Below, piece by piece: positions 25,047-36,238 of a stretch of 56,497 nt of DNA; positions within the stretch are counted from its first letter, which is position 1, and each line of letters starts with the position of its first letter. The notes under the pieces were generated by a model that had not been told where the DNA came from, ran no database searches, and saw nothing but the letters and a program-made list of their open reading frames with translations. The stretch is from an uncultured Bacteriovorax sp. (GTDB taxonomy: Bacteria; Bdellovibrionota; UBA2428), in the NCBI GenBank assembly GCA_964640545.1, contig CAZXHL010000004.1, positions 1 to 56,497 of the forward strand, written 5' to 3'. Made by a program: the position numbers and the translations under genes.

Positions 25047-27689
25047 CTAGAATTGGGGTGACCTGCTTAACTTGTTTTTGAAGTATGTCTCTAAGGCCCA
25101 CGGCTTTGAGTAATTCGAAAATGGATTTCCGGATGGGCCAGATGGCAAGGACCAATTGACCTGAACTTCTTTTTCAGACCATTCCATGCACAGTCTGGAA
25201 GCACCCCCATGTGTTGCAGGAAAATCCAAAGGCTTCTCTGGATCCCAATCGTATTCAAATCTACCTGAGCTATCCAAAGCACCAGATACTTGGGGCCTCA
25301 ACAAGACTCCCTCATGAAACATGCTTCCAATCGGCTCCGGCGCTCTCACCAAAGGGTGTAGCCACGAAACTCTATGAAGATTTCCCCACTTCCAATACTG
25401 ATAAAGGGGGCCAAACCCCTCACTAAGCTCGTTTACCGACTGTGAAAAAGACTCACTCAATGTCTCCTCTACGCTTTTGCCTGTCCACGACTCCCATTGG
25501 GCGCGAGCCTTCGGATCTTCGATAACTTCTTCAACTAGATGATGGGTAAACGTTCGGCGCCCCCAGGCAATCATCATCTCCTTTATCGCTGGCCCCCTGA
25601 CTTCGTCTTGAAGCACTTCAGCCGGAGTCAGCTTCTCAATGATTTTCCATTTAAAACGAGCATGCCAAAGTACAATGAGACTCGTTCTAAAGTCTTCAGC
25701 ATTGGCATCTCCATCCCAAGCATCAATCTCAGAAAGCATTTTCATACAGTCAGAGTGAGGCATCACAGTTCCCGAACACAACCTTCCCGCACTCGCCATC
25801 TTTCGAGCTTTCACAAAAAATCTATTTAGTCTCGGAGAGTAAAAATCATGTTGCGAGTATCCAAGCTCCCGAGTGTTGTCATCAAACTTTTCAGCAATTC
25901 TTTCAGCACGTTTGTCTGGGGCCCATAGATAGGCAAGTTCACGATTGATTTTTTGCTCGCTTCCCTTATCAGACCAAATACTTTGATTCGCAGTCACAAG
26001 CATAAAGGGATCCTCCCCCCCGTAAGCCTGCTTAAAATAAGGCCGCTCTGAGGGGTACGAAAGATAGCGATCACGTTTCAAAAATCTTGAATCCAGAGTT
26101 TCAAGCCCATTGTCCCTTCGCTTTGGCCGCCCATAAAGCACCCCAGTTAACATATGTCCGACCTGAAGTTTCTGTCCCTTTTCTTCACTAATCCAAGTGA
26201 AGTTAATCGGAGGATACTGAATTTTCTCCACCAAATCTTCTTCGAGATTTTCACCAAGCCCAAGGTTTCTAAGAACAAAAAATTCCATAGTTGAAGGCGT
26301 GGTTTTGAAAATAGGACTATCTAAAGCTACGGGAGATTTATAGGCAGCAAGCTTGGAGAAATCAGAAAAGATATTATTGACGATTGGCCCATGCTCAGAC
26401 CAGATGGCTTCAATATTCTTGGGCTCAACCTCACCTGTTTTCATATTACGAACACTAAACTCTTCAACAGTAACTTTTAAGTTTTCTGTATCTTTGCCTT
26501 TGATCTCAATCAAATCTTGGGTGTCTGCAAGCGAACCCGAAGTGATTCCCCACAGCAACTTCTGAAACTTAGCCTCTTCATTTAAATTCTGAACATAGCC
26601 AATAACGACGGCTGGAGTTCCAGGCATCATGAATCCCTGCCCTTTTACTCGATCTTTTATCCTATAAGAAATCGGATAAAGCGGTGAAGGCCAAGTCAAT
26701 CTAAGATGCGTATCATTACAGAGACTCAAAGCTCGACCTACACGAGGATTCGCAAGCACCCACATATTGGAGGCACCTTGAAAAGCCGATTCCGCCCCCC
26801 AAGATGTCGCGTAGTTTTCGAGACGATTCCAGACCGACACGGCTTCTTCAGGATGCTCCATGTCGGATTCTACAGGCGAGAAATCAAGTTCAGGAATCAT
26901 TCCACTTGCATCTAACTTATAAGGAAGTGCTTTTTTCGGGATTGGCACATAGCCCAAAGTTGGCTTTTGTTTTGCCACAGGCTTAAGTAGCCCACCCGAC
27001 TTTGAGATGTTCAATAATTTTTGTTCATACAAGGCAACCGCACTTAAATCCGATGGAGGTTGAAGCCACTTAGACTTCTCTACTCCCAGCTGAGTCTTAA
27101 GCGCCATGTAAGTCTTTTCCATGTTTTGGTCGTAAGACAAACTCCAACCATGAAACCTAGCAATCGCTAGAACATCTATTCCAGTCCAAGAAGATAAATC
27201 ATCTCGAAAAATGCCCATGATTTTATATTCAATCGGCAACGACTTTTCTTCATGGCGCAAAACTGCGTTTCTTCCATCCGCGAAAGCTTGGGCCGCTCGG
27301 CGCGCGACGGAATCTACCGCAAGTGAATGCCAGACTTTCTCAGCGGCCCTATAATTGAAGCGCATCAATTGATCATTAGAGAGCATGCTTGCCCCCAACA
27401 TTGAGCTTAGTCTACCAGTAGATGCTAGACGTATAAGTTCAGTCTGAAACTCTCGATCCCATCCTTGAAGGTAGCCCATAGCAAACCAGAGTTGAGTTTC
27501 GTCTTTGGCCTCAATTTGGAAAGCGGCGGAGTCGCCAACTCTTTTGGCGCTAAATTCATAGCGTGCATCTTGAAACTCTAATTGTTCCAGATCACGCCCC
27601 CAATAATAAGACATCACCTTCGAAGCTACGACCAGCAGAACCAAAGCAATGACTCCACCCCAAACCAATCTTCTCAGAAATTTCATCAT
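25047..27689 (-). CDS. Penicillin-acylase (S45, Ntn-hydrolase) family protein
   Basis: 880 aa. N-terminal TM/signal. Alpha-subunit motif FAMGYLQGWDREFQ. The putative autoprocessing/nucleophile site is QGASNMWVLANPR (G-S-N-x-W). Confidence 0.8.
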   Translation of the reverse strand: MMKFLRRLVWGGVIALVLLVVASKVMSYYWGRDLEQLEFQDARYEFSAKRVGDSAAFQIEAKDETQLWFAMGYLQGWDREFQTELIRLASTGRLSSMLGASMLSNDQLMRFNYRAAEKVWHSLAVDSVARRAAQAFADGRNAVLRHEEKSLPIEYKIMGIFRDDLSSWTGIDVLAIARFHGWSLSYDQNMEKTYMALKTQLGVEKSKWLQPPSDLSAVALYEQKLLNISKSGGLLKPVAKQKPTLGYVPIPKKALPYKLDASGMIPELDFSPVESDMEHPEEAVSVWNRLENYATSWGAESAFQGASNMWVLANPRVGRALSLCNDTHLRLTWPSPLYPISYRIKDRVKGQGFMMPGTPAVVIGYVQNLNEEAKFQKLLWGITSGSLADTQDLIEIKGKDTENLKVTVEEFSVRNMKTGEVEPKNIEAIWSEHGPIVNNIFSDFSKLAAYKSPVALDSPIFKTTPSTMEFFVLRNLGLGENLEEDLVEKIQYPPINFTWISEEKGQKLQVGHMLTGVLYGRPKRRDNGLETLDSRFLKRDRYLSYPSERPYFKQAYGGEDPFMLVTANQSIWSDKGSEQKINRELAYLWAPDKRAERIAEKFDDNTRELGYSQHDFYSPRLNRFFVKARKMASAGRLCSGTVMPHSDCMKMLSEIDAWDGDANAEDFRTSLIVLWHARFKWKIIEKLTPAEVLQDEVRGPAIKEMMIAWGRRTFTHHLVEEVIEDPKARAQWESWTGKSVEETLSESFSQSVNELSEGFGPLYQYWKWGNLHRVSWLHPLVRAPEPIGSMFHEGVLLRPQVSGALDSSGRFEYDWDPEKPLDFPATHGGASRLCMEWSEKEVQVNWSLPSGPSGNPFSNYSKPWALETYFKNKLSRSPQF

Positions 27690-27696
27690 TTTCGTT

Positions 27697-28551
27697 TTAC
27701 CTTCGTCCTTTAAATCTAGAATCTGGCAGATAATCTAATTGATATTTATGCTTGGCGTAACTCACCAAGAAGCCCATTTCCACTCGATGCAATCCCGTTG
27801 AATCTAGCAGAGATGTTGGTGGGTTTGGGAAAGTCTTGATATCCCAAATGGCTTCCACAGCAAGAGCGTCAAGCTCCTTTACACCACTAGGTTCAAGGAG
27901 TTCGACGTTTCTCAATGAACCGTCCCGGTCAAGCCAGAACACACAGCGTGTCGAATACACACCGTCTATAAGTACGAGTGTCGTCTGCAAAAACTTTTGA
28001 ACTTTTGGTTCCCACCTGGGACCAATTTCGCGCTTCACACGATTAAAAAAGGAAGCATAGACATATTCATCGGTATTCAGAAGAGTTTTCGACGATACGG
28101 CAATGTGAGAGTTCAGGGGATCCATAGAACCCTCCAGAACTTCCGCCCCTGTCCTAGCCCTTTCTTGTGTATCTGGCAGCTTCCAGAGGCCCTTCAAGAA
28201 TTCCAATTTCTCTGGAAACGCCGCCGTAGAATTGTCCCGCAGTGTTTCGCCTCCGTCCGGAGATCCAAAACGATTGGATCGCGTTTGCTCCTTCACTCGT
28301 TGTGTTCGCTCGCCCAAGAACTCTGCACGATCTTCGGGACTCAAGCTATTTTTGGCAGCAAGAGTTTCCACCAACTGGCGAAACTCTTTTTCTTTCATCG
28401 TTCTTACATCGATAGACCGCGGAGGAATGGGCTTAGGAAAAAATGGCTTTTCGGCGACTCCCTTCTTCTCTCCACTTTGAAGCCAAACAATCAGCCCCAT
28501 GTGAAACAAGACAGAAAAAAATAAGGCTTTTTTCATGATTCTGCGCCCCAT
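27697..28551 (-). CDS. TonB-like protein (N-terminal anchor, Pro-rich spacer, TonB_C-like domain)
   Basis: 284 aa. TM anchor (ALFFSVLFHMGLIVWL). Spacer KPFFPKPIPPRS. The C-terminal ...STRCVFWLDRDGSLRNVELLEPSGVKELDALAVEAIWDIKTFPNPP resembles TonB C-terminal domains. Confidence 0.45.
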   Translation of the reverse strand: MGRRIMKKALFFSVLFHMGLIVWLQSGEKKGVAEKPFFPKPIPPRSIDVRTMKEKEFRQLVETLAAKNSLSPEDRAEFLGERTQRVKEQTRSNRFGSPDGGETLRDNSTAAFPEKLEFLKGLWKLPDTQERARTGAEVLEGSMDPLNSHIAVSSKTLLNTDEYVYASFFNRVKREIGPRWEPKVQKFLQTTLVLIDGVYSTRCVFWLDRDGSLRNVELLEPSGVKELDALAVEAIWDIKTFPNPPTSLLDSTGLHRVEMGFLVSYAKHKYQLDYLPDSRFKGRR

Positions 28552-29402
28552 GGTCTATACGAAACTTCGATCAAAGAAAGTCCTCGAGCTGGAGCACACC
28601 GCCCAGCCTCAGCACGACTCTTTCCTTCTGCCAAAAGTTGGTAGGTATCAGACAGGCTTCTCTTGTTTTGTCCTACCTCTACAATAGCTCCAACTATATT
28701 TCGAACCATTTGCTTCAAGAAGCCTTCGCCCGTGATTCGCAAACGAAGCAACACGCCAGACCTCTGAGCCACCGAAACACCATAAGGTTCGAGTATGGTC
28801 TTCATTTCAAAAATTTTTCTGATCGTGGTCTTTGCATCATGATTAGAGGCCGCGAAGGCTTTAAAATCATGTTCACCTTCGAACATTTGAACAGCCTTTA
28901 AAAAATCGGTCGTATTAAACTCATTCCACTCCTCCGGAATCCCCCAAACTCTCTCAGACATGAAGACCGGCTTTGAGCTTCGAAAGAGAATGGAGTATTC
29001 GTAAGTTTTCCAGCAGACTTCATTCAAAATATGAAAATCTTCTTCTTGCCGGAAGACATCCGTTACAGCAATACTATCCGGGATTAGCCCATTAAGGCTT
29101 TGTCGCAATTTTTCGATTGAGCGATCACTAAAATCAAATTCAATGTCCGTTGGTAGTGAAAAATTACAAAAATATTCTCTGGCATGCACACCAGCATCAG
29201 TCCGACCACAGCCTTGAGTAGCAATGCGAGCGGATGAGCGAAAAATGATCTTTAATGCTTTCTCAATAGAGCCTTGAATGCTTGGAATTTTTTGTTCATC
29301 AGACTCAGATTGTATCTGCCATCCACAATAGTTTTCTCCTGAAAATTCCAAGCGCAAAGCCAGTTTGCGACTTTCAGGACTCACATTTGCAGGCCTGAGC
29401 AA
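28533..29402 (-). CDS. truA: tRNA pseudouridine(38-40) synthase TruA
   Basis: LALRLEFSGENYCGWQIQ and GCGRTDAGVHA (catalytic Asp motif). The start is uncertain: TTG at 29402 as in the track, or GTG at 29384. The 3' end overlaps the next gene by 19 nt. Confidence 0.88.
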   Translation of the reverse strand: MLRPANVSPESRKLALRLEFSGENYCGWQIQSESDEQKIPSIQGSIEKALKIIFRSSARIATQGCGRTDAGVHAREYFCNFSLPTDIEFDFSDRSIEKLRQSLNGLIPDSIAVTDVFRQEEDFHILNEVCWKTYEYSILFRSSKPVFMSERVWGIPEEWNEFNTTDFLKAVQMFEGEHDFKAFAASNHDAKTTIRKIFEMKTILEPYGVSVAQRSGVLLRLRITGEGFLKQMVRNIVGAIVEVGQNKRSLSDTYQLLAEGKSRAEAGRCAPARGLSLIEVSYRPWGAES

Positions 29403-29406
29403 CCTA

Positions 29407-30414
29407 CTACCCCCGATCCCTTAGGACCTTTACAATCTGCAATGCATTGGTCGCAGCACCTTTGCGAAGCTGATCACCCGCAATAAAAAAGTGCCACGTT
29501 TTCTTGTGGAGCAAATCCTGCCTTATTCTTCCCACCAAAACGTCATCTTGGTCTTGTGCTTTTTGAGGGCTAGGAAAACTTCGTTTGAGCGGTTCATCTA
29601 CAATCTTTAGGCCAGGAGCTTGGGCGAAAGCCTCTTGAATCGTATCTAGATTCACTTCTTTCTCAAGATCCACAGTCACACTTTCGGCGTGAGCTCGAAT
29701 AACTGGAACACGCACGCATGTTGCCGAAATCCAAAGATCCTTTAAATCAAGAATTTTTTGAGACTCTTCAACAACTTTAAACTCTTCATCATTGTAAAGG
29801 AAGGCTTCACCATCCGGGTCCATCCGAGCCATCGAGTTATGACTGAGAACATTCAAAATCAATGGTTCTCCAAAAACCTCTGTGTTCCAAGTATCTACTG
29901 GAGAGTCCCACTGGCGAAGTTGAGACTTGAGCTCTTCCAAGCCCGGAAGTCCCGCCCCACTTGCCGCTTGATATGTGCTCACAACAGCTCGCTTTAATCC
30001 AAAAGGCTTCAACGCATTCATAGCCACACATAAAATGGCAGCGGTACAATTTGGGTTAGCCACAATTTTACCAGAATAATCAGAAAGCAGATGCCCATTT
30101 ACCTCGGGCACGACCAAGGGAATGTCTTCATTCATTCGAAAAGCTGATGAGTTGTCGACCAGGAAAGAATTTGGACCTAACTTTCCAGAAAGCCATTTGG
30201 CCTGGTCGGCATTTGCAGCATTAATCACAAAATCGCAACTCTGAATTTCTTCCACAGATTCTTCCAGGGCGTGAATGTTTTTTCCATCGTCTGTTGTTCT
30301 TGCTGTCGAAGCAAATCCAACAACCTCCAAATCTTTAGCACCTAAAATCTCTGAAGCGAGTCGCCAAGCCTCTTGTCCAACAACTCCCGTCGCACCAACA
30401 ATTCCTAATTTCAT
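29407..30414 (-). CDS. asd: Aspartate-semialdehyde dehydrogenase
   Basis: 335 aa. GATGVVGQE, active-site NPNCTAA, SGAG and RVPVIRAHAESV. The start ATG overlaps the pssA stop (TAATG). Confidence 0.9.
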   Translation of the reverse strand: MKLGIVGATGVVGQEAWRLASEILGAKDLEVVGFASTARTTDDGKNIHALEESVEEIQSCDFVINAANADQAKWLSGKLGPNSFLVDNSSAFRMNEDIPLVVPEVNGHLLSDYSGKIVANPNCTAAILCVAMNALKPFGLKRAVVSTYQAASGAGLPGLEELKSQLRQWDSPVDTWNTEVFGEPLILNVLSHNSMARMDPDGEAFLYNDEEFKVVEESQKILDLKDLWISATCVRVPVIRAHAESVTVDLEKEVNLDTIQEAFAQAPGLKIVDEPLKRSFPSPQKAQDQDDVLVGRIRQDLLHKKTWHFFIAGDQLRKGAATNALQIVKVLRDRG

Positions 30415-31187
30415 TATGTCTCCTTTGATTTGCGCCGAATTGGAATCACTTTAAAAAACTTTTTCCAAATAAAGCGGCTTAATTCCCCAATCGGTCCCCA
30501 CAAAACATAAACGGCAGCGACTGGAAAAAACGTAAGTTCGGGCTTAGGCGAAATTACAATAATGGCGACAGCAATCAACAATAGCCACGCAAAAGTTTTC
30601 TGAGATTTAAATTTGAGGTCTTTAAAACTTCGGTATCGAATCGTGGAAATCATGGCAATAGCGAGAAACAGCGCCAAGACCAAAGTATAGGGTTCACGGA
30701 AATCCTCCACTAAACCCAATTCACGATAGAACAAAACCGCAGAAGCCACTGCCCCCGCAGCAAAAGGACTCGGAAGTCCTTGAAAGTACCGCTTCTCAAC
30801 ACTCTGCTTTAAGACGTTAAAACGGGCCAAACGAAGCGCAGCACACAACAAGAAGGCAAAAGATGCCACCATCCCCAAGTTTCCGAAAGGCTGAAGCGCC
30901 CAAAAGAAAAGCAGCATGGCTGGCGCCATTCCAAAACTAACCAAATCAGCTAGGGAATCATACTCTTCACCAAAAGCGGACTGCGCTTTTGTAAGTCTCG
31001 CCACACGACCATCCAAACCATCAGCAAAAGTCGCAATAAAAATAGCATAAGCAGCAGTAACCCACTCACCCTTGAACGAGTTCATTACTGAGAAGAACCC
31101 AAAAAATAAATTTGCAGATGTGAAGAGATTAGGAAGGAAGAAGAATAGGATCTCTTTCCTTCTTCCTCTAACTTTCATATTACTCAA
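30414..31187 (-). CDS. pssA: CDP-diacylglycerol--serine O-phosphatidyltransferase
   Basis: 257 aa. CDP-alcohol phosphatidyltransferase motif DGLDGRVARLTKAQSAFGEEYDSLADLVSFG. Multiple TM helices. Start is TTG at 31187 (track) or ATG at 31178. Confidence 0.88.
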   Translation of the reverse strand: MSNMKVRGRRKEILFFFLPNLFTSANLFFGFFSVMNSFKGEWVTAAYAIFIATFADGLDGRVARLTKAQSAFGEEYDSLADLVSFGMAPAMLLFFWALQPFGNLGMVASFAFLLCAALRLARFNVLKQSVEKRYFQGLPSPFAAGAVASAVLFYRELGLVEDFREPYTLVLALFLAIAMISTIRYRSFKDLKFKSQKTFAWLLLIAVAIIVISPKPELTFFPVAAVYVLWGPIGELSRFIWKKFFKVIPIRRKSKET

Positions 31188-31600
31188 TCGAAATCAGGCG
31201 TATCTGAAGGAGGAACAACAGCTGGGATCTCTAGTTCTTGAGAACGAGGTGCTTCTGTTTCAGAATTATCTTCAGAACCAGCATTCATCTCTTCACTTGA
31301 TACAGAGGATTCCATCGCAGCAATAGGCTCAGGGATCGGCTGTTGAAAAGCAGGCTCAGCCTTAACTGGAACCTTTTTTTCCTCACTTGGGGATGCGACT
31401 GCCTCCTCGTTATCAACGATGGAGTTAAAATCCACAACTTCAGCATTGCCAGCTTCGTCAGGCAAAGAGGCCAAATGCTTTTCAAGGTCTTCGGGCTTCA
31501 AAAGCCCCAAGGTCAAAGACCTCAAACGCACACGCGTATCGAACAAGTTAGGGTAAACGGGAGAACCTGCAGGCACGAAATATTCTTTTTTATTACTCAT
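31184..31600 (-). CDS. Hypothetical protein with acidic, Pro/Glu/Ser-rich C-terminal half
   Basis: 138 aa. Fills the gap between fbaB and pssA and overlaps the pssA start by 4 nt. No recognisable domain. Confidence 0.5.
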   Translation of the reverse strand: MSNKKEYFVPAGSPVYPNLFDTRVRLRSLTLGLLKPEDLEKHLASLPDEAGNAEVVDFNSIVDNEEAVASPSEEKKVPVKAEPAFQQPIPEPIAAMESSVSSEEMNAGSEDNSETEAPRSQELEIPAVVPPSDTPDFD

Positions 31601-31644
31601 AATCTTTTTCCTTAATTCCTTTGGGTCAAAGTCTGTTCTAGACC

Positions 31645-32700
31645 CTAGGCTAGAGTTACCGACTTATCGAGGTAAACATCTTGAATGGATTGAAGCAAAT
31701 CAACCCCTTCTTTGAATGGTCTTTGGAAAGCTTTGCGTCCTGCGATGAGGCCCATTCCCCCTGCGCGCTTATTGATGATAGCTGTTTTCACAGCTTCAGC
31801 TTTGTCAGTAGCGCCTTCAGAAGCTCCACCAGAGTTGATCAAACCAATACGACCGCTGTAACCATTCAAGACCTGGTAACGGCAAAGATCAATCGGGTGA
31901 TCGCTAGAAAGTTTTTCGTAAACGTCAGGATGAGTCTTGCCGTGCTTAGTTGCAAGGTAGCCACCATTGTTTGTCGGAAGCTTCTGCTTCAAAATGTCTG
32001 CTTTAATGGTTGCGCCCAAATGGTTAGCCTGCCCCGTAAGGTCAGCACTTGAATGATAATCCACACCATCAACCTTGAATCCAGTGTTTCGAGTGTAGCA
32101 CCAAAGAATGGTCGTCATTCCCATTTCATGGGCAGCTTCGAAAGCTTCTGCAACTTCCAAAATTTGACGACGAGACTCTTCAGCTCCGAAGTAGATGGTC
32201 GCACCGACAGCAGCAGCGCCCATATCGTAGGCTTGCTTCACACTGGCATACATCGTTTGATCGTATTGGTTCGGGTAGCTCAAAAATTCGTTGTGGTTTA
32301 ATTTCACAACAAAAGGAATTTTGTGAGCATATTTACGAGCGACAACCCCGAGAACCCCCAAGGTTGAAGCGACGCCACTACATCCGGCCTCAACAGCCAT
32401 TTTTACAATGTTTTCAGGATCGAAGAACAATGGATTCGGAGCGAAAGAAGCTCCAGCCGAATGCTCAACGCCTTGATCGACAGGAAAAATCGACATGTAA
32501 CCAGTTCCAGCCAATCTTCCGTGGTTAAGAATCCTTTGCATCGCATTCATAACTGGGATCGGTCGATCACTATCCGTGAAAACATCAGTCACCCAATCAG
32601 CGTGTGGGGTCTTCAGAGTTTCAGCGGGGACAGTTTTGCATTTGTGAGTGAGAAGTGATTCGGCTTCAGCGCCTAAAAGTTCTTGATAATTTAAGGACAT
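31645..32700 (-). CDS. fbaB: Class I fructose-bisphosphate aldolase (FbaB/DhnA type)
   Basis: 351 aa. Colinear with E. coli FbaB as I recall it, sharing [61 protein letters not shown] and [17 protein letters not shown]. Confidence 0.93.
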   Translation of the reverse strand: MSLNYQELLGAEAESLLTHKCKTVPAETLKTPHADWVTDVFTDSDRPIPVMNAMQRILNHGRLAGTGYMSIFPVDQGVEHSAGASFAPNPLFFDPENIVKMAVEAGCSGVASTLGVLGVVARKYAHKIPFVVKLNHNEFLSYPNQYDQTMYASVKQAYDMGAAAVGATIYFGAEESRRQILEVAEAFEAAHEMGMTTILWCYTRNTGFKVDGVDYHSSADLTGQANHLGATIKADILKQKLPTNNGGYLATKHGKTHPDVYEKLSSDHPIDLCRYQVLNGYSGRIGLINSGGASEGATDKAEAVKTAIINKRAGGMGLIAGRKAFQRPFKEGVDLLQSIQDVYLDKSVTLA

Positions 32701-32791
32701 AGCCCCCTGACTTAGATGAGAACCCAGGGCTTTTCAACTCAAATCAGCGATCCTTTTCGAAAAACGCCGGAGATTTGCCGAGGTCTCAAAA

Positions 32792-34459
<1,668 letters not shown>

Positions 34460-34488
34460 TTAGGATCTGTTAATTCAAAAAGCTAAAT

Positions 34489-35574
34489 TTAACCAATATA
34501 AAAATCGACTTGTTCATGCCAGCGACCACGCCATTCTCGAAGATAGGCGTGAGGCCTTCCTGGGTTCGTTGAGTAGTCAATTAACGCGTAAGTATAACGC
34601 GTTCCCTTGCCAAGATTGGACATAGAGAGGTTTGTTACCTCAGTCCATGTGCCAGTGTTGATGTATTCCCGACCGTCCTCAAACTGCTTGTAGTGCGGAT
34701 AATGAGTGTGCCCCATGATTATCGTGTGGAAGTCACTATTTTCTGCCAAAACCTTTTGTGCAGAATCCGTGATAGACGGCTGGTAAAACAAAATCTCTTT
34801 GATGATCTTAAATGTCGTAACAATGTTGCTCGTTCTATATAGCGAACGAGAAAAGCGTGTTGCAAAGAAATAGAAAAACCCTCGCACCATCAACTTCAAA
34901 GTCCACCAGGTGTCGGTTAGCAAACTCCACCTGATAAAAGCCTTCACGGGCCTCACCTTGTCGATCGCCGGTCTTTCCATCTTGATAGGAACAATGAAAT
35001 TCACGATAAAGTGTGATCCCCAGGGAAGATTGAGAATGGGCTCTCTAAGCCCCTTGGAAATAAATAGCTTCTTCGGATTCAGACGATTCACAGCCTCATA
35101 TTGCTGACCATGCTCATAGACGATGCCATCTGCGATATAGCGAAAATTTCTCCAGGTCACAGGACAATCAATTTCTTTGGAGAAAAGATCGCGGCATTTC
35201 TCCCAGATCATTTCTGTGTCATGGTTCCCTAGAATATAGACCACTGATTTATTAGGAAGGTTGCAAAATTCTCTCAATGCCTTGAAGAATTCGGGATGCC
35301 CCTTGATGCAAGACTTCAGTTTTTCGAGACTAATCTCTTCAGTGAGAACAGGGCTATAATACCCTCGATAGTCTACCTGGATGAGATTGAGGATATCGCC
35401 CAGCAAAATGAGCTCAACTTCAGCATCATAATACTTGCCGCTGCTATAATGGTCTAAGAATTCGGCGAATTTGGAGTCGGCAATAAAATCCTCAAGAACA
35501 TTGACCGAGCCGTCAGGAAGCACGCTACCTTTTCCGATATGAAAATCCGAAACAACAAGCTTGTACTTCGCCAC
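34489..35574 (-). CDS. Calcineurin-like metallophosphoesterase
   Basis: 361 aa. Ordered motifs DFHIG, GDILNL, GNHD and GHTH. Substrate not inferable. Confidence 0.75.
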   Translation of the reverse strand: MAKYKLVVSDFHIGKGSVLPDGSVNVLEDFIADSKFAEFLDHYSSGKYYDAEVELILLGDILNLIQVDYRGYYSPVLTEEISLEKLKSCIKGHPEFFKALREFCNLPNKSVVYILGNHDTEMIWEKCRDLFSKEIDCPVTWRNFRYIADGIVYEHGQQYEAVNRLNPKKLFISKGLREPILNLPWGSHFIVNFIVPIKMERPAIDKVRPVKAFIRWSLLTDTWWTLKLMVRGFFYFFATRFSRSLYRTSNIVTTFKIIKEILFYQPSITDSAQKVLAENSDFHTIIMGHTHYPHYKQFEDGREYINTGTWTEVTNLSMSNLGKGTRYTYALIDYSTNPGRPHAYLREWRGRWHEQVDFYIG

Positions 35575-35647
35575 CTTGCTAGCCTACTCCAAAGCCCGCA
35601 GGCATAAAAGGTTAAGTCTTGAGAATATACAGGAATTTTAATGAGTA

Positions 35648-36238
35648 TTAAGCCGCGACCAAGGTATTTCGAGATTTCCGTTTGGCCTCAAACATGGCCC
35701 TGTCAGCTTCGTCGATGATACATTGAGGTGTGTCGCCATCCCTTATGACGCGTATCCCCACCGAGATAGTAAGTTTTGCGATGCCCTTACCCTCGAGCCC
35801 ATTAACGGGGAAGTCTTCAGCCTCAATCTGCGAACGCAAGCGCTCTCCAATCGCCGTAGCACCCTCAAGTCCACCCGAAACAAGAACAACAAACTCGTCA
35901 CCACCATATCGAAAGGCCATATCATCTACTCGAATAAGTTCCGCGATCTTTCGCCCCACAGAATTAAGCAACTGCCCACCGGTTTGGTGGCCATGCTTTT
36001 CATTCACACTTTTGAAATAGTCAACGTCGACAAAAAGTAGCGCTGGCTGCAGCTCTTCACGTCTCTCAATGGCATCAGTAAGGCGGTGCCTTAAATGTCT
36101 AGCATTGAAAAGCCCCGTAAGATCGTCGAGCATCAGCTCAGTTTGAAGTTGGCGAACCTTTTCGCGAAGTTCCCCTATTTCAATTTGAAGATCTTGTTTT
36201 GTTTTCTCACGATCTTCCTTGCGGTTTTTCTTACTCAT
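35648..36238 (-). CDS. GGDEF-domain diguanylate cyclase with N-terminal coiled-coil
   Basis: 196 aa. DDLTGLFNARH, DVDYFKSVNEKHGH and RYGGDEFVVL (intact GGDEF). I saw no I-site RxxD immediately upstream of GGDEF. ATGA overlap with the upstream gene. Confidence 0.88.
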   Translation of the reverse strand: MSKKNRKEDREKTKQDLQIEIGELREKVRQLQTELMLDDLTGLFNARHLRHRLTDAIERREELQPALLFVDVDYFKSVNEKHGHQTGGQLLNSVGRKIAELIRVDDMAFRYGGDEFVVLVSGGLEGATAIGERLRSQIEAEDFPVNGLEGKGIAKLTISVGIRVIRDGDTPQCIIDEADRAMFEAKRKSRNTLVAA

